Made by a program: the position numbers and the translations under genes
Origin: Candidatus Sumerlaeaceae bacterium
GTDB lineage: Bacteria; Sumerlaeota; Sumerlaeia; Sumerlaeales; Sumerlaeaceae
Direction: 5' to 3'
DNA: 64,000 bases
Assembly: GCA_051003195.1 (NCBI GenBank)
Contig: JBPCLP010000043.1
Location: 1-64,000, forward strand
Notes under the pieces: generated by a model
What the model was told of the DNA's origin: nothing
Seen by the model: the letters and a program-made list of their open reading frames with translations, nothing else
Database searches by the model: none
Shown: piece after piece, positions 38,303-48,951 of the stretch
Layout of the letters: each line of letters begins with the position of its first letter
Numbering within the stretch: the first letter of the stretch is position 1

Positions 38303-40651
38303 TTAATTATTTTGCAGCAGCGCCGCCTGCTCAGGATTTAGCTTCTCAATCCCCTCGGAAGCGATCTCCAGAGTGACTTTTGACAGCTTGATTCGGAGCC
38401 GGGTTCCGAGGCTGAAAGCGTCTTTGAGCTGGGGGTTAAGACGCAATGCCTCAAAATATGCATCGCTGAGATATTTTACCTTAAGCACGTTTGCTTCCTT
38501 GCCTGTCAGCCGGATATCCAGCCAAACTTCCCCTTCAAGGCGGAAGGTAGTATCCGACGCCTGCCTCTGCATGGATTCCTCGTCGGTTACGTTGCTGGCT
38601 TCTTTCATTTTCCGGAGGTCTTTCGCCGCGTCGACTGCTACGGCACCCGTGGATGCGGAAAGCATTTCGGACCTTTGCGTGGCTATGTGCTCGTAGCTTC
38701 CCGCAGGCGCGTGGGTTGCAGATGCAGGTGCAGCCTTGAGAAGACGATCAGACGAATCCGACCGGAACCTTTCGGGGGCGGCAGATCGGAAAACCACCTG
38801 CGGAGCCATGGGCGCCGGGACGCGGGCGCTGGCCTGGGCCGGTACGGCCAACTCACGAGTGTCCTCCTGTGCCAGGTAGGAGGTGTACGGAGTAACTACA
38901 CCATACTTCCTGGCGAGGCTTACAACCTCGTCCTTCACCTCGCGATTTTCGCCGGATTTGCGAATCTCGTCCAGCAGGTAGGCAATTTTTCGGGTGCCCC
39001 ACAGCTTTTCAAGAAACTCGTTTCCGCTGTCGGTGTTCGGAAGGCTCTTTTCGTATGTGTATTCCACGGGCTTGCCGCCTACCTGCCCGGTGAGCCGGAT
39101 TGCAGATTGGCCCGCTTTCTTATAGCGGCCAAAGACGGTCAGCTGAGTTCCGTGAAAGAGATCCGGCAGCTCGCGTGGGTACACATCATAGGTTTCAGCC
39201 GACGGCAGTTCGAGTTTCAGGTTGGTCATGGCTGGTCGGCTGATCTTATCGAAGAAGCGGGCAATGGGAACTTCCATGTCTTCGCCCGGGCGAACGTATT
39301 CCGATGTAGCGCGGGTGTTTTCGGCCAGGCCATCGAGAAGCTTCGTATTCACATCGTGTCCGACACCGAAAGTGAAGATACGCACGCCGTTCCGGTCGCT
39401 TTTGCCGGGGTTAATCTCCCTCGCGATGCGCTGGGCATCGGTAATCCCGACGGTAGGCAGCCCGTCCGTAATAAAGACAACGGTGTAAACCCTTCCGCTG
39501 CTCGAGTTTGTGTCATCACGGCCAATATCCAACGCTTCCTGTAGTGCGCCGCTGATGTTCGTGCCGCCGCGGGCCTGCAGTTGTGACACCCAGTTGCGAG
39601 CCGAATCCTGGTTGGCTTCCGTAGCGGGTTGCAGGCCATTGGACCACTTCTCGACTTCGGTCGAGAACCGCAGCACATTAAACCGGTCGTGCGGCCGCAG
39701 CTGACCGATACAATACCTTAGCGCTTTGCGCGCCTGCGTAATCTTATCGTCGTCCATCATGGAGCCACTGGTGTCGACGACAAAGACATAATCGCCCGCC
39801 GAGACGGTCGTACTTGTGACGTCCGCTTTCGCCGGCGGGCTGAGCATCAGGCTGAAAAAGCCGTCTTCGGCGCCAGCTTTGCGCCCGAGCAGACTCAACG
39901 CGATATCCTTGTTCGAGAGCTCATAGAACAGGACAAAGTTTCCGGAGCCACCGCCGAACGCGTTCGCCGGCACCGCGACATGGACTTTGCGGGGGTTCTT
40001 CATGTCCGGATCGATGCTATGCGAGGGGGAGTAGACGTTGCGGATTTCATCATCGGATTCAATGTCGACATCGAACTTCACATCCGGTGCCGCACCGCGC
40101 CGCTCGGCACCTGCCCTGTGCGCCTTGAGAGGTAGCATGTAGCGAAATTGTCCCTGGTCAGCCTGAAGCGGCTGAGCGAACTCGAGCTCGATTTTTTGCG
40201 TGCCGCTGGCAGGCACCGGAAACACGCGTACTTTGAAGAGGTTATAATCCACCCACTCGACGAGTCCCGGATCCTGCATCCGTCGAACGATACCTTCATA
40301 AATTTCGCGCGCTTTTTCTTTTTCGAGCACTTCACCTTTTACGGGTTTGCCGTTCATATAGAGCACAAAATCGGTTACGTTGGCGCCCTTTGGGACGGGG
40401 AAATAGAAGTCTGCCTCCAACTGGCGCGCGTTCGGATTGTAGAACTCCTGCATGATGCGGGTGCCGGCGAGGTTCTGCTTAATCTGGACAGTGACCTCAG
40501 CTCGGCCCAGTTGAATGGGACTGAATTCGGGTAAACGGGGAACCAGGATCCCAAGTGCCGGGCAAAAGCTGTTGATGGCGAGAAGCGCTGCCACGGCCAA
40601 AATACGGCAAAGGCCGGCTGAAACTCGGAAAGAGCGACGAATTGTGCACAT
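38303..40651 (-). CDS. VIT and vWA domain-containing exported protein
   Basis: Signal peptide; VIT (FYNPNARQLEADFYFPVP); vWA MIDAS DTSGSM, GGTNI, ITDG; VTPYTS; GGAG RBS before ATG 40651. Confidence 0.9.
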   Translation of the reverse strand: MCTIRRSFRVSAGLCRILAVAALLAINSFCPALGILVPRLPEFSPIQLGRAEVTVQIKQNLAGTRIMQEFYNPNARQLEADFYFPVPKGANVTDFVLYMNGKPVKGEVLEKEKAREIYEGIVRRMQDPGLVEWVDYNLFKVRVFPVPASGTQKIELEFAQPLQADQGQFRYMLPLKAHRAGAERRGAAPDVKFDVDIESDDEIRNVYSPSHSIDPDMKNPRKVHVAVPANAFGGGSGNFVLFYELSNKDIALSLLGRKAGAEDGFFSLMLSPPAKADVTSTTVSAGDYVFVVDTSGSMMDDDKITQARKALRYCIGQLRPHDRFNVLRFSTEVEKWSNGLQPATEANQDSARNWVSQLQARGGTNISGALQEALDIGRDDTNSSSGRVYTVVFITDGLPTVGITDAQRIAREINPGKSDRNGVRIFTFGVGHDVNTKLLDGLAENTRATSEYVRPGEDMEVPIARFFDKISRPAMTNLKLELPSAETYDVYPRELPDLFHGTQLTVFGRYKKAGQSAIRLTGQVGGKPVEYTYEKSLPNTDSGNEFLEKLWGTRKIAYLLDEIRKSGENREVKDEVVSLARKYGVVTPYTSYLAQEDTRELAVPAQASARVPAPMAPQVVFRSAAPERFRSDSSDRLLKAAPASATHAPAGSYEHIATQRSEMLSASTGAVAVDAAKDLRKMKEASNVTDEESMQRQASDTTFRLEGEVWLDIRLTGKEANVLKVKYLSDAYFEALRLNPQLKDAFSLGTRLRIKLSKVTLEIASEGIEKLNPEQAALLQNN

Positions 40652-40924
40652 AGTCGTGATCTCCATTGAAGTGTTGGAGATGTGACCGAGCAAACGGCTA
40701 GGCGGTTTGGTGCCAGACGAATTTACATTCGCGCGTTGTTGCGCTGCTGTACCATATTAACTGACGGTTATGAGCTACGTTTGAAGCCTGCTTTCGGGTT
40801 ACCTGGCGCTCATCCACACCGGGTCGGCAGCGGTGATCGCACTAAGCCGACGAATTTCACCGGTCGCGCCACTCACCGCAAAGAAACGCCAATCCGTTGG
40901 AGCGCTTGTCTCTGTGCCAGGGTT

Positions 40925-41212
40925 CATGCGTTGGCGCAAACGTGAATCCTTACTGTTTGTCCACGCCAGTGATGCGGCGTGCAGCCACTTGCCGACGTGC
41001 TCTCCGATCCATGGATGCTTTCCGGGGCGGTGCCGGAATCCGTCGAGCAAATCGTTCTCATTTATGGTGAGCAGGCGTGACTCGATGTTCCCGCGCGTTC
41101 TGTCGCCAGGCAGCCCCTGCATCTGAATTACAGCCGGGCCTGCCAGTACGACCTTATCGGCGGTTGGCGGGCTTGTCGTTAACGCTGCATCATTACTACA
41201 GTCAGCTCCCAT
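40925..41212 (-). pseudogene. N-terminal fragment of a GH127 (beta-L-arabinofuranosidase-like) glycoside hydrolase
   Basis: 'LLDGFRHRPGKHPWIGEHVGKWLHAASLAW' resembles the GH127 N-terminus; ORF ends at 40799, far short of full length. Confidence 0.6.
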
Positions 41213-41275
41213 GAGGCTACCCTCCATAAATGAGCAAGATTGGCAGCACAAATTCAGGTGTCGCGGGGAGCAATG

Positions 41276-42067
41276 TCAGGTCCTTTGCGCTTTATTTGCT
41301 TTGATTGCTGGTTTGCGCGCAACTGCGATCAGTCGTTGCGCAGTATGATCGTACGCTCCGCCGTCTAACGTTCCGTAAAGCTGAACACCTCGGAAGCCAG
41401 CTTGCTCGAGGCGCATGCGCAACTCCTGTCCGGAATACACGGTATGATGAAATTTAAACGTGCTGGTTTTGCCCTTACGGACGACACTCCACACGTTGCG
41501 CACTCGCGACCAATCGTCGAATACCTCGCATTGCTGAGCGATAAAGTGGTTGTCGCTGAGTCGTTCTACCCGGCTGGGAAGCAGGATTCGCGCGAGCACC
41601 TCTTTGCCCATCAGGTCCATGATGAGTGATCCGCCGGGGTTCAGCGAGGTGAAAATATTCTGAAGCACTCGATCATCTTCGGACTTCTTATCGAAATATC
41701 CGAATGAAGTGTACATGCTGAGCACGAGATCATAGGTTTTCAGTCTCTTGAAGTCGCGCATGTCAGCCTCGACCCACTCGACCTTCACTTTCTCCTGACG
41801 TGCGAGGCTTTTAGCTTTTTGCAGAAGAAAGGCGGACCGATCAACACCAGTCACAGTAAAATTGCGTTTCGCTAGTGCGACCGAGAACCGGCCCGGCCCA
41901 CAGCAAAGGTCCAGAACGGATTTCCCATTGGGGCTTGTAAGTGCGAGCAGCGTTTCCAACTCGTGCTCAGTGCCGGCGAATCGCGCAGGCCCAAACATGA
42001 ACGGGTACGTTTCACGCCAAAATGCATCCTGGTCGAACCATTCGGAGTTCCTGCTGCGGCTTGTCAT
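41276..42067 (-). CDS. Class I SAM-dependent methyltransferase
   Basis: VLDLCCGPGR, GVD, DMR, TSFGYF, LNPGG. Confidence 0.9.
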   Translation of the reverse strand: MTSRSRNSEWFDQDAFWRETYPFMFGPARFAGTEHELETLLALTSPNGKSVLDLCCGPGRFSVALAKRNFTVTGVDRSAFLLQKAKSLARQEKVKVEWVEADMRDFKRLKTYDLVLSMYTSFGYFDKKSEDDRVLQNIFTSLNPGGSLIMDLMGKEVLARILLPSRVERLSDNHFIAQQCEVFDDWSRVRNVWSVVRKGKTSTFKFHHTVYSGQELRMRLEQAGFRGVQLYGTLDGGAYDHTAQRLIAVARKPAIKANKAQRT

Positions 42068-42183
42068 TGGAGGCGAAGCTATTTACTGGATCGGCATGTG
42101 CAAGCGCTGATCAGAAAGAGCGGAAGTATGTTGGCCCGCCCAGGATTCGGTGCAGCTTTAGCCCGCCCTTTTGCGGGCTCCCT

Positions 42184-43386
42184 CTAAAAATCACGGCCGG
42201 CAATCAGCTTGTTGTATATCTGAAGCTCGTGAGCGACCACCTTCGCCAGGTCGAAATGTTCGAGAACACGCGCACGGCCGCGACGTCCCATGTCCGCTGC
42301 CTCTGCCGGATGTTCGACCAGCCATGACAGGCGGTCGGCAAGCGCGCTCGCATCCTTGCTGGGTACCAACCATCCGGTCTCGCCATGCACCACTTCTTCA
42401 CGACAGCCGCGTATGTCCGTTGCAACAGCGGGCAATTCCATGGCCATGGCTTCGAGCAGTGACACTGGCATACCTTCGCGGTAGGAAGGCAGCGTGAACG
42501 CGTCCATCGCATGAAGGTAGGGAGCCGTGTCGTCGACCATGCCAGCGAATACAACATGGTTGGCAATGCCAAGCTCGCGAAGGGTTGCATGCACTTCATG
42601 TTTGCTGCCGTCGTAATCGCTAGGCAGCACGTCGCCAACCACAAGCACGCGAACGTGTGGATACCGCCCGACGATCACCTTTGCTGCGGAGAAAAGTTCA
42701 AAGAACCCCTTCTCCCGAACCAGGCGGCCGACAATTCCGATGACATAGGCATCGTCTGGTATGCCAAGGCTCTGCCGCACGTCGCTGCGCTGGATTCCAG
42801 CAAATCGCTGGGGATCGAAACGCTCAACATCCACGCCGTTATAAATCGTCTCCACACGTCCTTCGCTGGCAATTCCCAGCCGAATGGCTGACTGCTCGTC
42901 CTCTTTGCTGACGGTCATGATGAAATCCCCGCAGGCGGAGCCGATTTTTTCCAATGTGATGAGCGCTCTGCGCAGCCAGGGCTTCATCTGGTCGTGAAAG
43001 TAGAATCCATGCGCCGTGTAGATTTTGACGGGAACTCCTGCCAGCCGTGCGGCGATGCGCCCAAGTAACGCTGCGATGGGCGTATGTACATGTACCACAT
43101 GGTATTTCCCGCGCTTGATCAACTTGTATGTCCCTCGCAGGGATCGAGCATGGTGGAGTAGATTCGCATTCCGCGAAATCGGATTCTCGATCATGTTAAA
43201 ACCTGCGTCCCGGATCTGGTCAAAGTACGGTCCGCGCGCACAGGCGATGTCCACATCGTATCCGTTATTCATGAGTGCGTGTGCCAACGGCAGGAGGAAT
43301 TGCTTTGCCGTGAAATCGACTGCGCATAACTGCAGGACCCGCAGGCGATGCTCCTGTACCTGGGGCGGTGGCGCAGAGATCGACAT
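42184..43386 (-). CDS. Glycosyltransferase family 4
   Basis: HVHTP, YTAHGFYFH, NGVD, GRLVREKG, PSYREGMPVSLLEAMA. Confidence 0.92.
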   Translation of the reverse strand: MSISAPPPQVQEHRLRVLQLCAVDFTAKQFLLPLAHALMNNGYDVDIACARGPYFDQIRDAGFNMIENPISRNANLLHHARSLRGTYKLIKRGKYHVVHVHTPIAALLGRIAARLAGVPVKIYTAHGFYFHDQMKPWLRRALITLEKIGSACGDFIMTVSKEDEQSAIRLGIASEGRVETIYNGVDVERFDPQRFAGIQRSDVRQSLGIPDDAYVIGIVGRLVREKGFFELFSAAKVIVGRYPHVRVLVVGDVLPSDYDGSKHEVHATLRELGIANHVVFAGMVDDTAPYLHAMDAFTLPSYREGMPVSLLEAMAMELPAVATDIRGCREEVVHGETGWLVPSKDASALADRLSWLVEHPAEAADMGRRGRARVLEHFDLAKVVAHELQIYNKLIAGRDF

Positions 43387-43531
43387 ATCGGAGTCGTCTC
43401 ACGGTCGCAGCGTCGGAATGCAAGTACGTTGCAGCAGGTTATGAACACCTCGAAGTCTGCACGCGCGGATTGCAGAATCGGGTTGTAAGCGCACCAAACC
43501 GGAATGAGATTCACGCGGGATCGCAAGCCAC

Positions 43532-45868
43532 ATGGCCCTTTTCGGTAAGACATTACAGCGCAAGCTGCTCGGAATCCTGCTGCTCGTGGGATTCGCACCG
43601 GCTGTAATAGTGCTGGTTTATAATTACTCGGTGTTCGCCCTTGGGTTTGAGGGCGTAATTGGCTCGTTTCTGCAGGACCAGGCTGATGCGGCATCGGCCA
43701 AGACAGACGCGGTGCTACAGGCTTATTATCAAAGATTCGCGGGTCTTCGAAGCGGAGTGGCAGAAGGGCATCCGCTCGACCCTGCAATGACCATTGGGCC
43801 TGCCAGGTTTCAGCAGCTTTTACTGACGGACCGCAGGGGGCTTATTAACGCGGCTTCGCCGGAGACTTCCGCAATCCGGGTGGAACTATTGCCGGGTCTT
43901 CTGCGTGCAACGACCGCTTCGCAGGTCTTGTTTAGCGAACTCTTTTCACCGGAAGGAAAAAGTCGGCTCTGTTTTCAAGCGGCAGTTGAGAATGACCGAA
44001 TCCTCACAGGCTTTGTGAATCCCGAAGATCTGTTGCAGGCAACAGGCGAAGCAGTTGGGTCATCCTTTCTGCGGCTCTATTCAAATCGAGGCGGCTTTCC
44101 AGGCCAGTCCGAGGATCATTCATTGAGCGCAATGGCCGAGGCAAATGGTCGGCAGATACGCGAACAGCTTTCGGGCTGGTTTTCAACGGGCGAGAAGCGC
44201 GAACGCGCAGGTTCGCTTGTGGGCTTTGCGGAAAGTAAACTGCTGAGAATCAGGCGCAACCAGGGAACGACAAGTGTCGAGTGGATCACGCTGACTCGAA
44301 TGGATGTGCGGGAGGTGAGCTCACTTCTGTCGTACATGATGTGGCGCAACATTTTTTTCGGGATGTTACTGGCGCCTGTCCTCGTCGGGCTGAGTTACCT
44401 GCTCGCGCGTCGGTTCCTTGCCCCGGTCCGCGCAATGCATTCGCAAGCCAGGCGAATAGGCCAGGGTGACCTGGATGCGACTGCCGAGGTACAGACCGGC
44501 GACGAGCTCGAGCAGCTTGCAGAAGCATTTAATGCGATGGCAAGTAACCTCCGTTCTTCGCGGGATTCACTGGAGCGCTACCTGCAATCCGTGGAGAAAA
44601 AAGCGCGCCAGATCTCGCTTGCGAACAGCATCAGTCGCAATCTGATCGGACCGTTTGATCTACAGCAGTTGTGCGAGGTAACGCACAGCGAGTTAAAGAA
44701 CCTGCTCGCGTATGACGGGCTCACGGTTGTGATATTCGCAGAAAGCGACTCAAAGCCGTCGCGGTTCTGGTTCATCTCCGATGTATTCGCAGGCTCCCCT
44801 GACAGCGAAGTACAATCGGTGTGCGAAAGCGCATTCGGCAGTGAGACGACTGCACCGTTTCCATGTGCGATGCGACTCGATGCTCCCCCCGTGAAAGCCC
44901 TTGCCGACCTGAAATTCGAACATTGTTGCATGGTGCCCTTGCGTGCCGAAGCAGGCCTGGCAGGCGTGCTGGCTCTGGGTCGCACGGTCGGCCCGGATTT
45001 TTCCGGAGAAGAGTCGATCGCATTGGAGCAGATCTCCGGCGTGGTCGCGGTAGGCATTGAGCACATTGGCCTCTACGAGCGTACGCGCAGTTTTGCGCTC
45101 GAGCTTGAGCAGAAAGTTGAAGAACGAGCAGCCGAGCTACAGCGTGCCCAGGAGCAGCTTTTCCGCATCGAGCGCTTTGCCGCGACTGGCAGGCTTGCAG
45201 CGAACATCGCGCACGAGATCAATAACCCGCTTGGGGTAATTAAAAACTATCTGCACCTGTTTCGCCAGAAGCAGCGCGACCTTGATCCATCATCCGCTGA
45301 AGCTCTCACTATCGTACAGGAAGAGTTGGATCGTATCGCGCGCATTGTCCAGAATCTCCTGGAATTCTACCGTCCAGCCACAGCAAGGCCGGAGCTGCTC
45401 GGTATGAACGAAGAGATCCGACAAATCATGCCGCTGATCCAAAGCGGTTTCGGCCGCCGGCAGATTAAACTCGAGATGCAACTCGCCGATAGCCTCCCTA
45501 CGATTGAGATGCCTCGTGATCATCTGCGGCAGGTGCTGTTCAACCTTCTTAAGAATGCAGAAGAAGCGGTCGAGGACGGTGGCACCATCACATTACGGAC
45601 TAGTTTGGTGTCCGGTGAAGGCACGCCCTGCGTGCAGCTTGAGGTCTGCGATAATGGCTGCGGCATTCCGCAGGAAGACCAGGCGCAGGTGTTCGAACCG
45701 TTCTTTACCCGAAAACGCGACGGACAGGCGCATGGCACTGGCCTTGGCCTGGCGGTAACGTACAGTATCATCCAGAGCCTTAACGGGTCGATCGAACTGG
45801 ATAGCAGGCCCGGACAGGGAACCAGCTTTAAGGTGCTGCTGCCTGTCAGTGGCGCTCAGTCTCGTTAG
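43532..45868 (+). CDS. Sensor histidine kinase (2 TM, HAMP, GAF, HisKA, HATPase)
   Basis: DELEQLAEAFNAM (HAMP), AHEINNPL (H box), NLLKNA, DNGCG, FEPFFT, GTGLGL. Confidence 0.93.
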   Translation: MALFGKTLQRKLLGILLLVGFAPAVIVLVYNYSVFALGFEGVIGSFLQDQADAASAKTDAVLQAYYQRFAGLRSGVAEGHPLDPAMTIGPARFQQLLLTDRRGLINAASPETSAIRVELLPGLLRATTASQVLFSELFSPEGKSRLCFQAAVENDRILTGFVNPEDLLQATGEAVGSSFLRLYSNRGGFPGQSEDHSLSAMAEANGRQIREQLSGWFSTGEKRERAGSLVGFAESKLLRIRRNQGTTSVEWITLTRMDVREVSSLLSYMMWRNIFFGMLLAPVLVGLSYLLARRFLAPVRAMHSQARRIGQGDLDATAEVQTGDELEQLAEAFNAMASNLRSSRDSLERYLQSVEKKARQISLANSISRNLIGPFDLQQLCEVTHSELKNLLAYDGLTVVIFAESDSKPSRFWFISDVFAGSPDSEVQSVCESAFGSETTAPFPCAMRLDAPPVKALADLKFEHCCMVPLRAEAGLAGVLALGRTVGPDFSGEESIALEQISGVVAVGIEHIGLYERTRSFALELEQKVEERAAELQRAQEQLFRIERFAATGRLAANIAHEINNPLGVIKNYLHLFRQKQRDLDPSSAEALTIVQEELDRIARIVQNLLEFYRPATARPELLGMNEEIRQIMPLIQSGFGRRQIKLEMQLADSLPTIEMPRDHLRQVLFNLLKNAEEAVEDGGTITLRTSLVSGEGTPCVQLEVCDNGCGIPQEDQAQVFEPFFTRKRDGQAHGTGLGLAVTYSIIQSLNGSIELDSRPGQGTSFKVLLPVSGAQSR

Positions 45869-45983
45869 TCGGCCACCAGCAGGGGCCGGCATCATGCATC
45901 TTGCGGCATAATGCATGCTTCATAAAGAAAAGGATGGAAAACCCAATCTGTACCATACTTGGCTCTGAGGCATCGCTTTAGTT

Positions 45984-46361
45984 ATGGCCCACATCTGCAT
46001 TATAGAAGATGACCCGGCGTTTTCCGCCGCATTGCACCGTATCATGTCCCAGGAACATGAGGTGCACTGCTTTCCAACTGTGCCCGAGGACGCTGAACAG
46101 ATTATCTCCATAAAGCCTGACCTGATATTCCTCGATTGCATGCTGCCTGGTGAGACGGGCCCGCACTTCCTGCAGCGATTACGCAGCGACGAGCGCACCC
46201 GGCAGGTCGCTGTCATCCTGATGTCTGCCTACCACGAAATGGTCGACGAGGCGAAGTCCCAGACAGACGAATACCAGGAGTTCCTCAAAAAACCGTGTAC
46301 AATTCGCCAGGTAATGGCACTGGTGCAACGCTACCTGGACCGTGGAATCGCCGCGAGCTGA
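45984..46361 (+). CDS. Single-domain response regulator
   Basis: IIEDD, PDLIFLDCMLP, MSA, KKP. Confidence 0.85.
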   Translation: MAHICIIEDDPAFSAALHRIMSQEHEVHCFPTVPEDAEQIISIKPDLIFLDCMLPGETGPHFLQRLRSDERTRQVAVILMSAYHEMVDEAKSQTDEYQEFLKKPCTIRQVMALVQRYLDRGIAAS

Positions 46362-46452
46362 CGTAAATTTGGCGTAGAATTAGGCACTGAAATGCATTCC
46401 ACCGTTCTCAGCTGTGCCGAATAAAGATAATTGCACGGCCCCAATTTTCACT

Positions 46453-46740
46453 TTATTCGCGCATTGAATAGTAATCATACCTGCCGAGCCAATCGACCTC
46501 GATAATAACATGTAATGTGCTGCTCGTAGGCACTTCGAATTCATAGACATAAGGCAGCTTCAACCCGTGTCGCACACTTACGAGGTGGTAATCTGCTGCT
46601 CCTCGTCCATACGTGTATTCACGCTGGTTAATCAGACGTTCAGCAAATGTGTGGCCGCGAAGGACGACTAATCCAACCAAATGAAGTAACATAAGCGTAA
46701 CCGGCACGGCAATGGTGCCAAACCACAACAACCGTTTCAT
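46453..46740 (-). CDS. Small hypothetical protein with N-terminal TM
   Basis: MKRLLWFGTIAVPVTLMLLHLVGLVVL; fills an otherwise empty gap; no recognised family. Confidence 0.45.
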   Translation of the reverse strand: MKRLLWFGTIAVPVTLMLLHLVGLVVLRGHTFAERLINQREYTYGRGAADYHLVSVRHGLKLPYVYEFEVPTSSTLHVIIEVDWLGRYDYYSMRE

Positions 46741-46922
46741 GGAGAACCTCCCGGACAATCGGCTTTCCCCATTGATCGCAAACGTTTGGAAGCACGTATC
46801 TCCAAGTCGTACGGCTTGCCCGGTGTACTTCGGCCGAACCAAGTTAACAGCTCACCTATAAAACTTCGATGTCCACCTGATTTTAGTGGAAATCGACTGC
46901 GGCTGCGGCAACAGGTGGAGCA

Positions 46923-47288
46923 ATGATTTGCCTGTTTCCATCTTTCGGTAGCCGCAAAGCGCTGTTATTCCTGATGCTCGCCGGGTGCACCCTTTTACCT
47001 GGCTGTATACGCAAAATGGCTACGATCACGAGTGATCCACCGTGCTGCAAAGTCTGGATTAATAGCGTATATCGCGGTGAAACTCCCGTCGAGATACCAT
47101 ACAACTGGAACTGGTATTACGACATAAAGCTGGAGAAGGAAGGGTTCGAGCCAAAGTGCACCCGCGAACGCTTCTATGCGCCGCCCCAGCACTGGGTACC
47201 ATTAGACCTGGCCGCCGAAGTCGCTCCAGTGCGCAGCAACGAGTCCCAATGGCGGCACTACTGTCTCACGCCGAAACAGAAACCCTGA
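46923..47288 (+). CDS. PEGA domain lipoprotein
   Basis: Lipobox-like LPGC; ITSDP...VWIN...GETP...LEKEGFE; GGAG RBS. Confidence 0.78.
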   Translation: MICLFPSFGSRKALLFLMLAGCTLLPGCIRKMATITSDPPCCKVWINSVYRGETPVEIPYNWNWYYDIKLEKEGFEPKCTRERFYAPPQHWVPLDLAAEVAPVRSNESQWRHYCLTPKQKP

Positions 47289-47331
47289 GAGTGCGATAAG
47301 GTAACTCCCAGGCGGGGTTCGCCGCGTTCCA

Positions 47332-48258
47332 TTATTCGCTGTCAAAGTGTAGCGCGATATCAAGTGAAGGCGCAGAGTGCGTGATTGCGCCGACCGAAAT
47401 CCTATCAATGGGAAGCCGCGAATAGTTCCGGATATTCTTAAGCGTAATGCCTCCGCTGACTTCTATCTGCGGCATCGGCCGCCGCAACTGCCGCGCCCGA
47501 GTTTCGATTTTAGCGACCACTTCCCTGATCTTCCGCGGCGGCATATTATCCAACATCACAATATCCGCGCGGTTAGACAGGGCGTCGAGCGCTTCTGCAA
47601 GATCCCGGGCTTCGATGCACAAGTGCCTGCGGGACCGAGGGTCAAAAAATCCATTCTCGTGCAACCGCGCGACGGCTGAGGCAACGCCGCCGGCTGCGTC
47701 GATGTGATTGTTCTTCAGCATCGCCATGTCGTAAAGACCAAAGCGGTGGTTTTGCCCACCTCCATGAACGACTGCCTGTTTCTCGAATTCCCGCAGCAAT
47801 GGCGTGGTTTTGCGCGTGTCGTAAATGCCGATGTTCCCTGCGGGGCCAAGTGCCTGTACAAACTGGTTGGTTAGTGTGGCTATACCGCTCATGCGCTGGA
47901 GAAAGTTCAGCGATACCCGCTCACCTTGCAGCAGTATTGCAAAAGGGCCGGATACCTCGCCCAGAACCATGCCTTTTGTAAAGGCCTCCCCATCCCTGAT
48001 TCTCCAACGGACCTTCGCGGCAGGGGAGAGCTGACTGAATACCTCGTTTACGATCGCGTTGCCGCTTAAAATTCCATTCTGCTTTGCCAGGAAGTGCGCT
48101 TTTCCTGCTTCGGAGTCCGAAAAGATGGCGGCACTGACATCGCCTGGTCCGATGTCCTCCGCCAGCGCGGCACACACTATTTGAGTTGTCAAATACCTGA
48201 CCCTGGCAGGTGCCAAAACCCCGGCCGTCGTCGATCGTTTTTTACGCTTCAGCGGCAT
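47332..48258 (-). CDS. nadC: Nicotinate-nucleotide diphosphorylase (quinolinate phosphoribosyltransferase)
   Basis: EDIGPGD, ERVSLNFLQRMSGIAT, DTRKTTP, NHRFGL, MLDN, EVSGGI, SVGAITHS. Confidence 0.95.
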   Translation of the reverse strand: MPLKRKKRSTTAGVLAPARVRYLTTQIVCAALAEDIGPGDVSAAIFSDSEAGKAHFLAKQNGILSGNAIVNEVFSQLSPAAKVRWRIRDGEAFTKGMVLGEVSGPFAILLQGERVSLNFLQRMSGIATLTNQFVQALGPAGNIGIYDTRKTTPLLREFEKQAVVHGGGQNHRFGLYDMAMLKNNHIDAAGGVASAVARLHENGFFDPRSRRHLCIEARDLAEALDALSNRADIVMLDNMPPRKIREVVAKIETRARQLRRPMPQIEVSGGITLKNIRNYSRLPIDRISVGAITHSAPSLDIALHFDSE

Positions 48259-48372
48259 TCCTTGACATCCGTGGTTCAATTCGATGCAGTGCTGCTTCAA
48301 GTTAAAGTAAAATCATACCGGCATGCGAGATTCCGGCTCTGCTTTACAGAGCTCGCAAAGAAGGAGTACGAT

Positions 48373-48951
48373 ATGAGCCCGTCGAACCAGTTCCGTGTCG
48401 TGGCCATTGACGACGATAAGGATATCCTTGATCTCGTTCATTTGACCTTAGGTACGGACTATGAAGTTTTTACTTTAAGTGATCCGGCGCTCGCACTCGA
48501 GGCCCTGGAGTACATTGAGCCCGACGTCGTGCTTGTCGATGTCATGATGCCAAAGGTGACGGGTTACCATATCGTTGAAAAAATTAGAAAAGATCCCAGG
48601 CATCAACAGGTCCAGGTGGTCTTTTTGTCGGCTAAGGACTCGATACTCGACGTAAAGTACGGCTATAAGCTTGGCGCTAACTTTTACCTGACAAAACCTT
48701 TTCAGCCCGAGCGGGTTCGCCGTACACTGGAGATGTTGCTGACGCAGGGCGGAATCAGCAAACCACGTGCTAAGCTGCTTTCGCATCGTGACATCGAACT
48801 GCGCCTGCAGACTCGCATGACCGTACCGGCGGCCGCTCGTGGCGAGGCAAACTTGGAATCTGCAGAACCCCGGCCGTCGAGCATTCACCGAATTCCCAAA
48901 TCAGGCGACGATGAGCCCGAGCAGTCCAAGGAAAAGAAATGGGTGGGCTGA
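48373..48951 (+). CDS. Response regulator receiver with C-terminal extension
   Basis: IDDD, PDVVLVDVMMP, FLSAK, GANFYLTKPF; AAGGAG RBS at 48361. Confidence 0.88.
   Translation: MSPSNQFRVVAIDDDKDILDLVHLTLGTDYEVFTLSDPALALEALEYIEPDVVLVDVMMPKVTGYHIVEKIRKDPRHQQVQVVFLSAKDSILDVKYGYKLGANFYLTKPFQPERVRRTLEMLLTQGGISKPRAKLLSHRDIELRLQTRMTVPAAARGEANLESAEPRPSSIHRIPKSGDDEPEQSKEKKWVG

Noticed and set aside
46413..46422. TGTGCCGAAT as another repeat copy
   Set aside because: Only a 10-nt match with no flanking similarity; could be chance.
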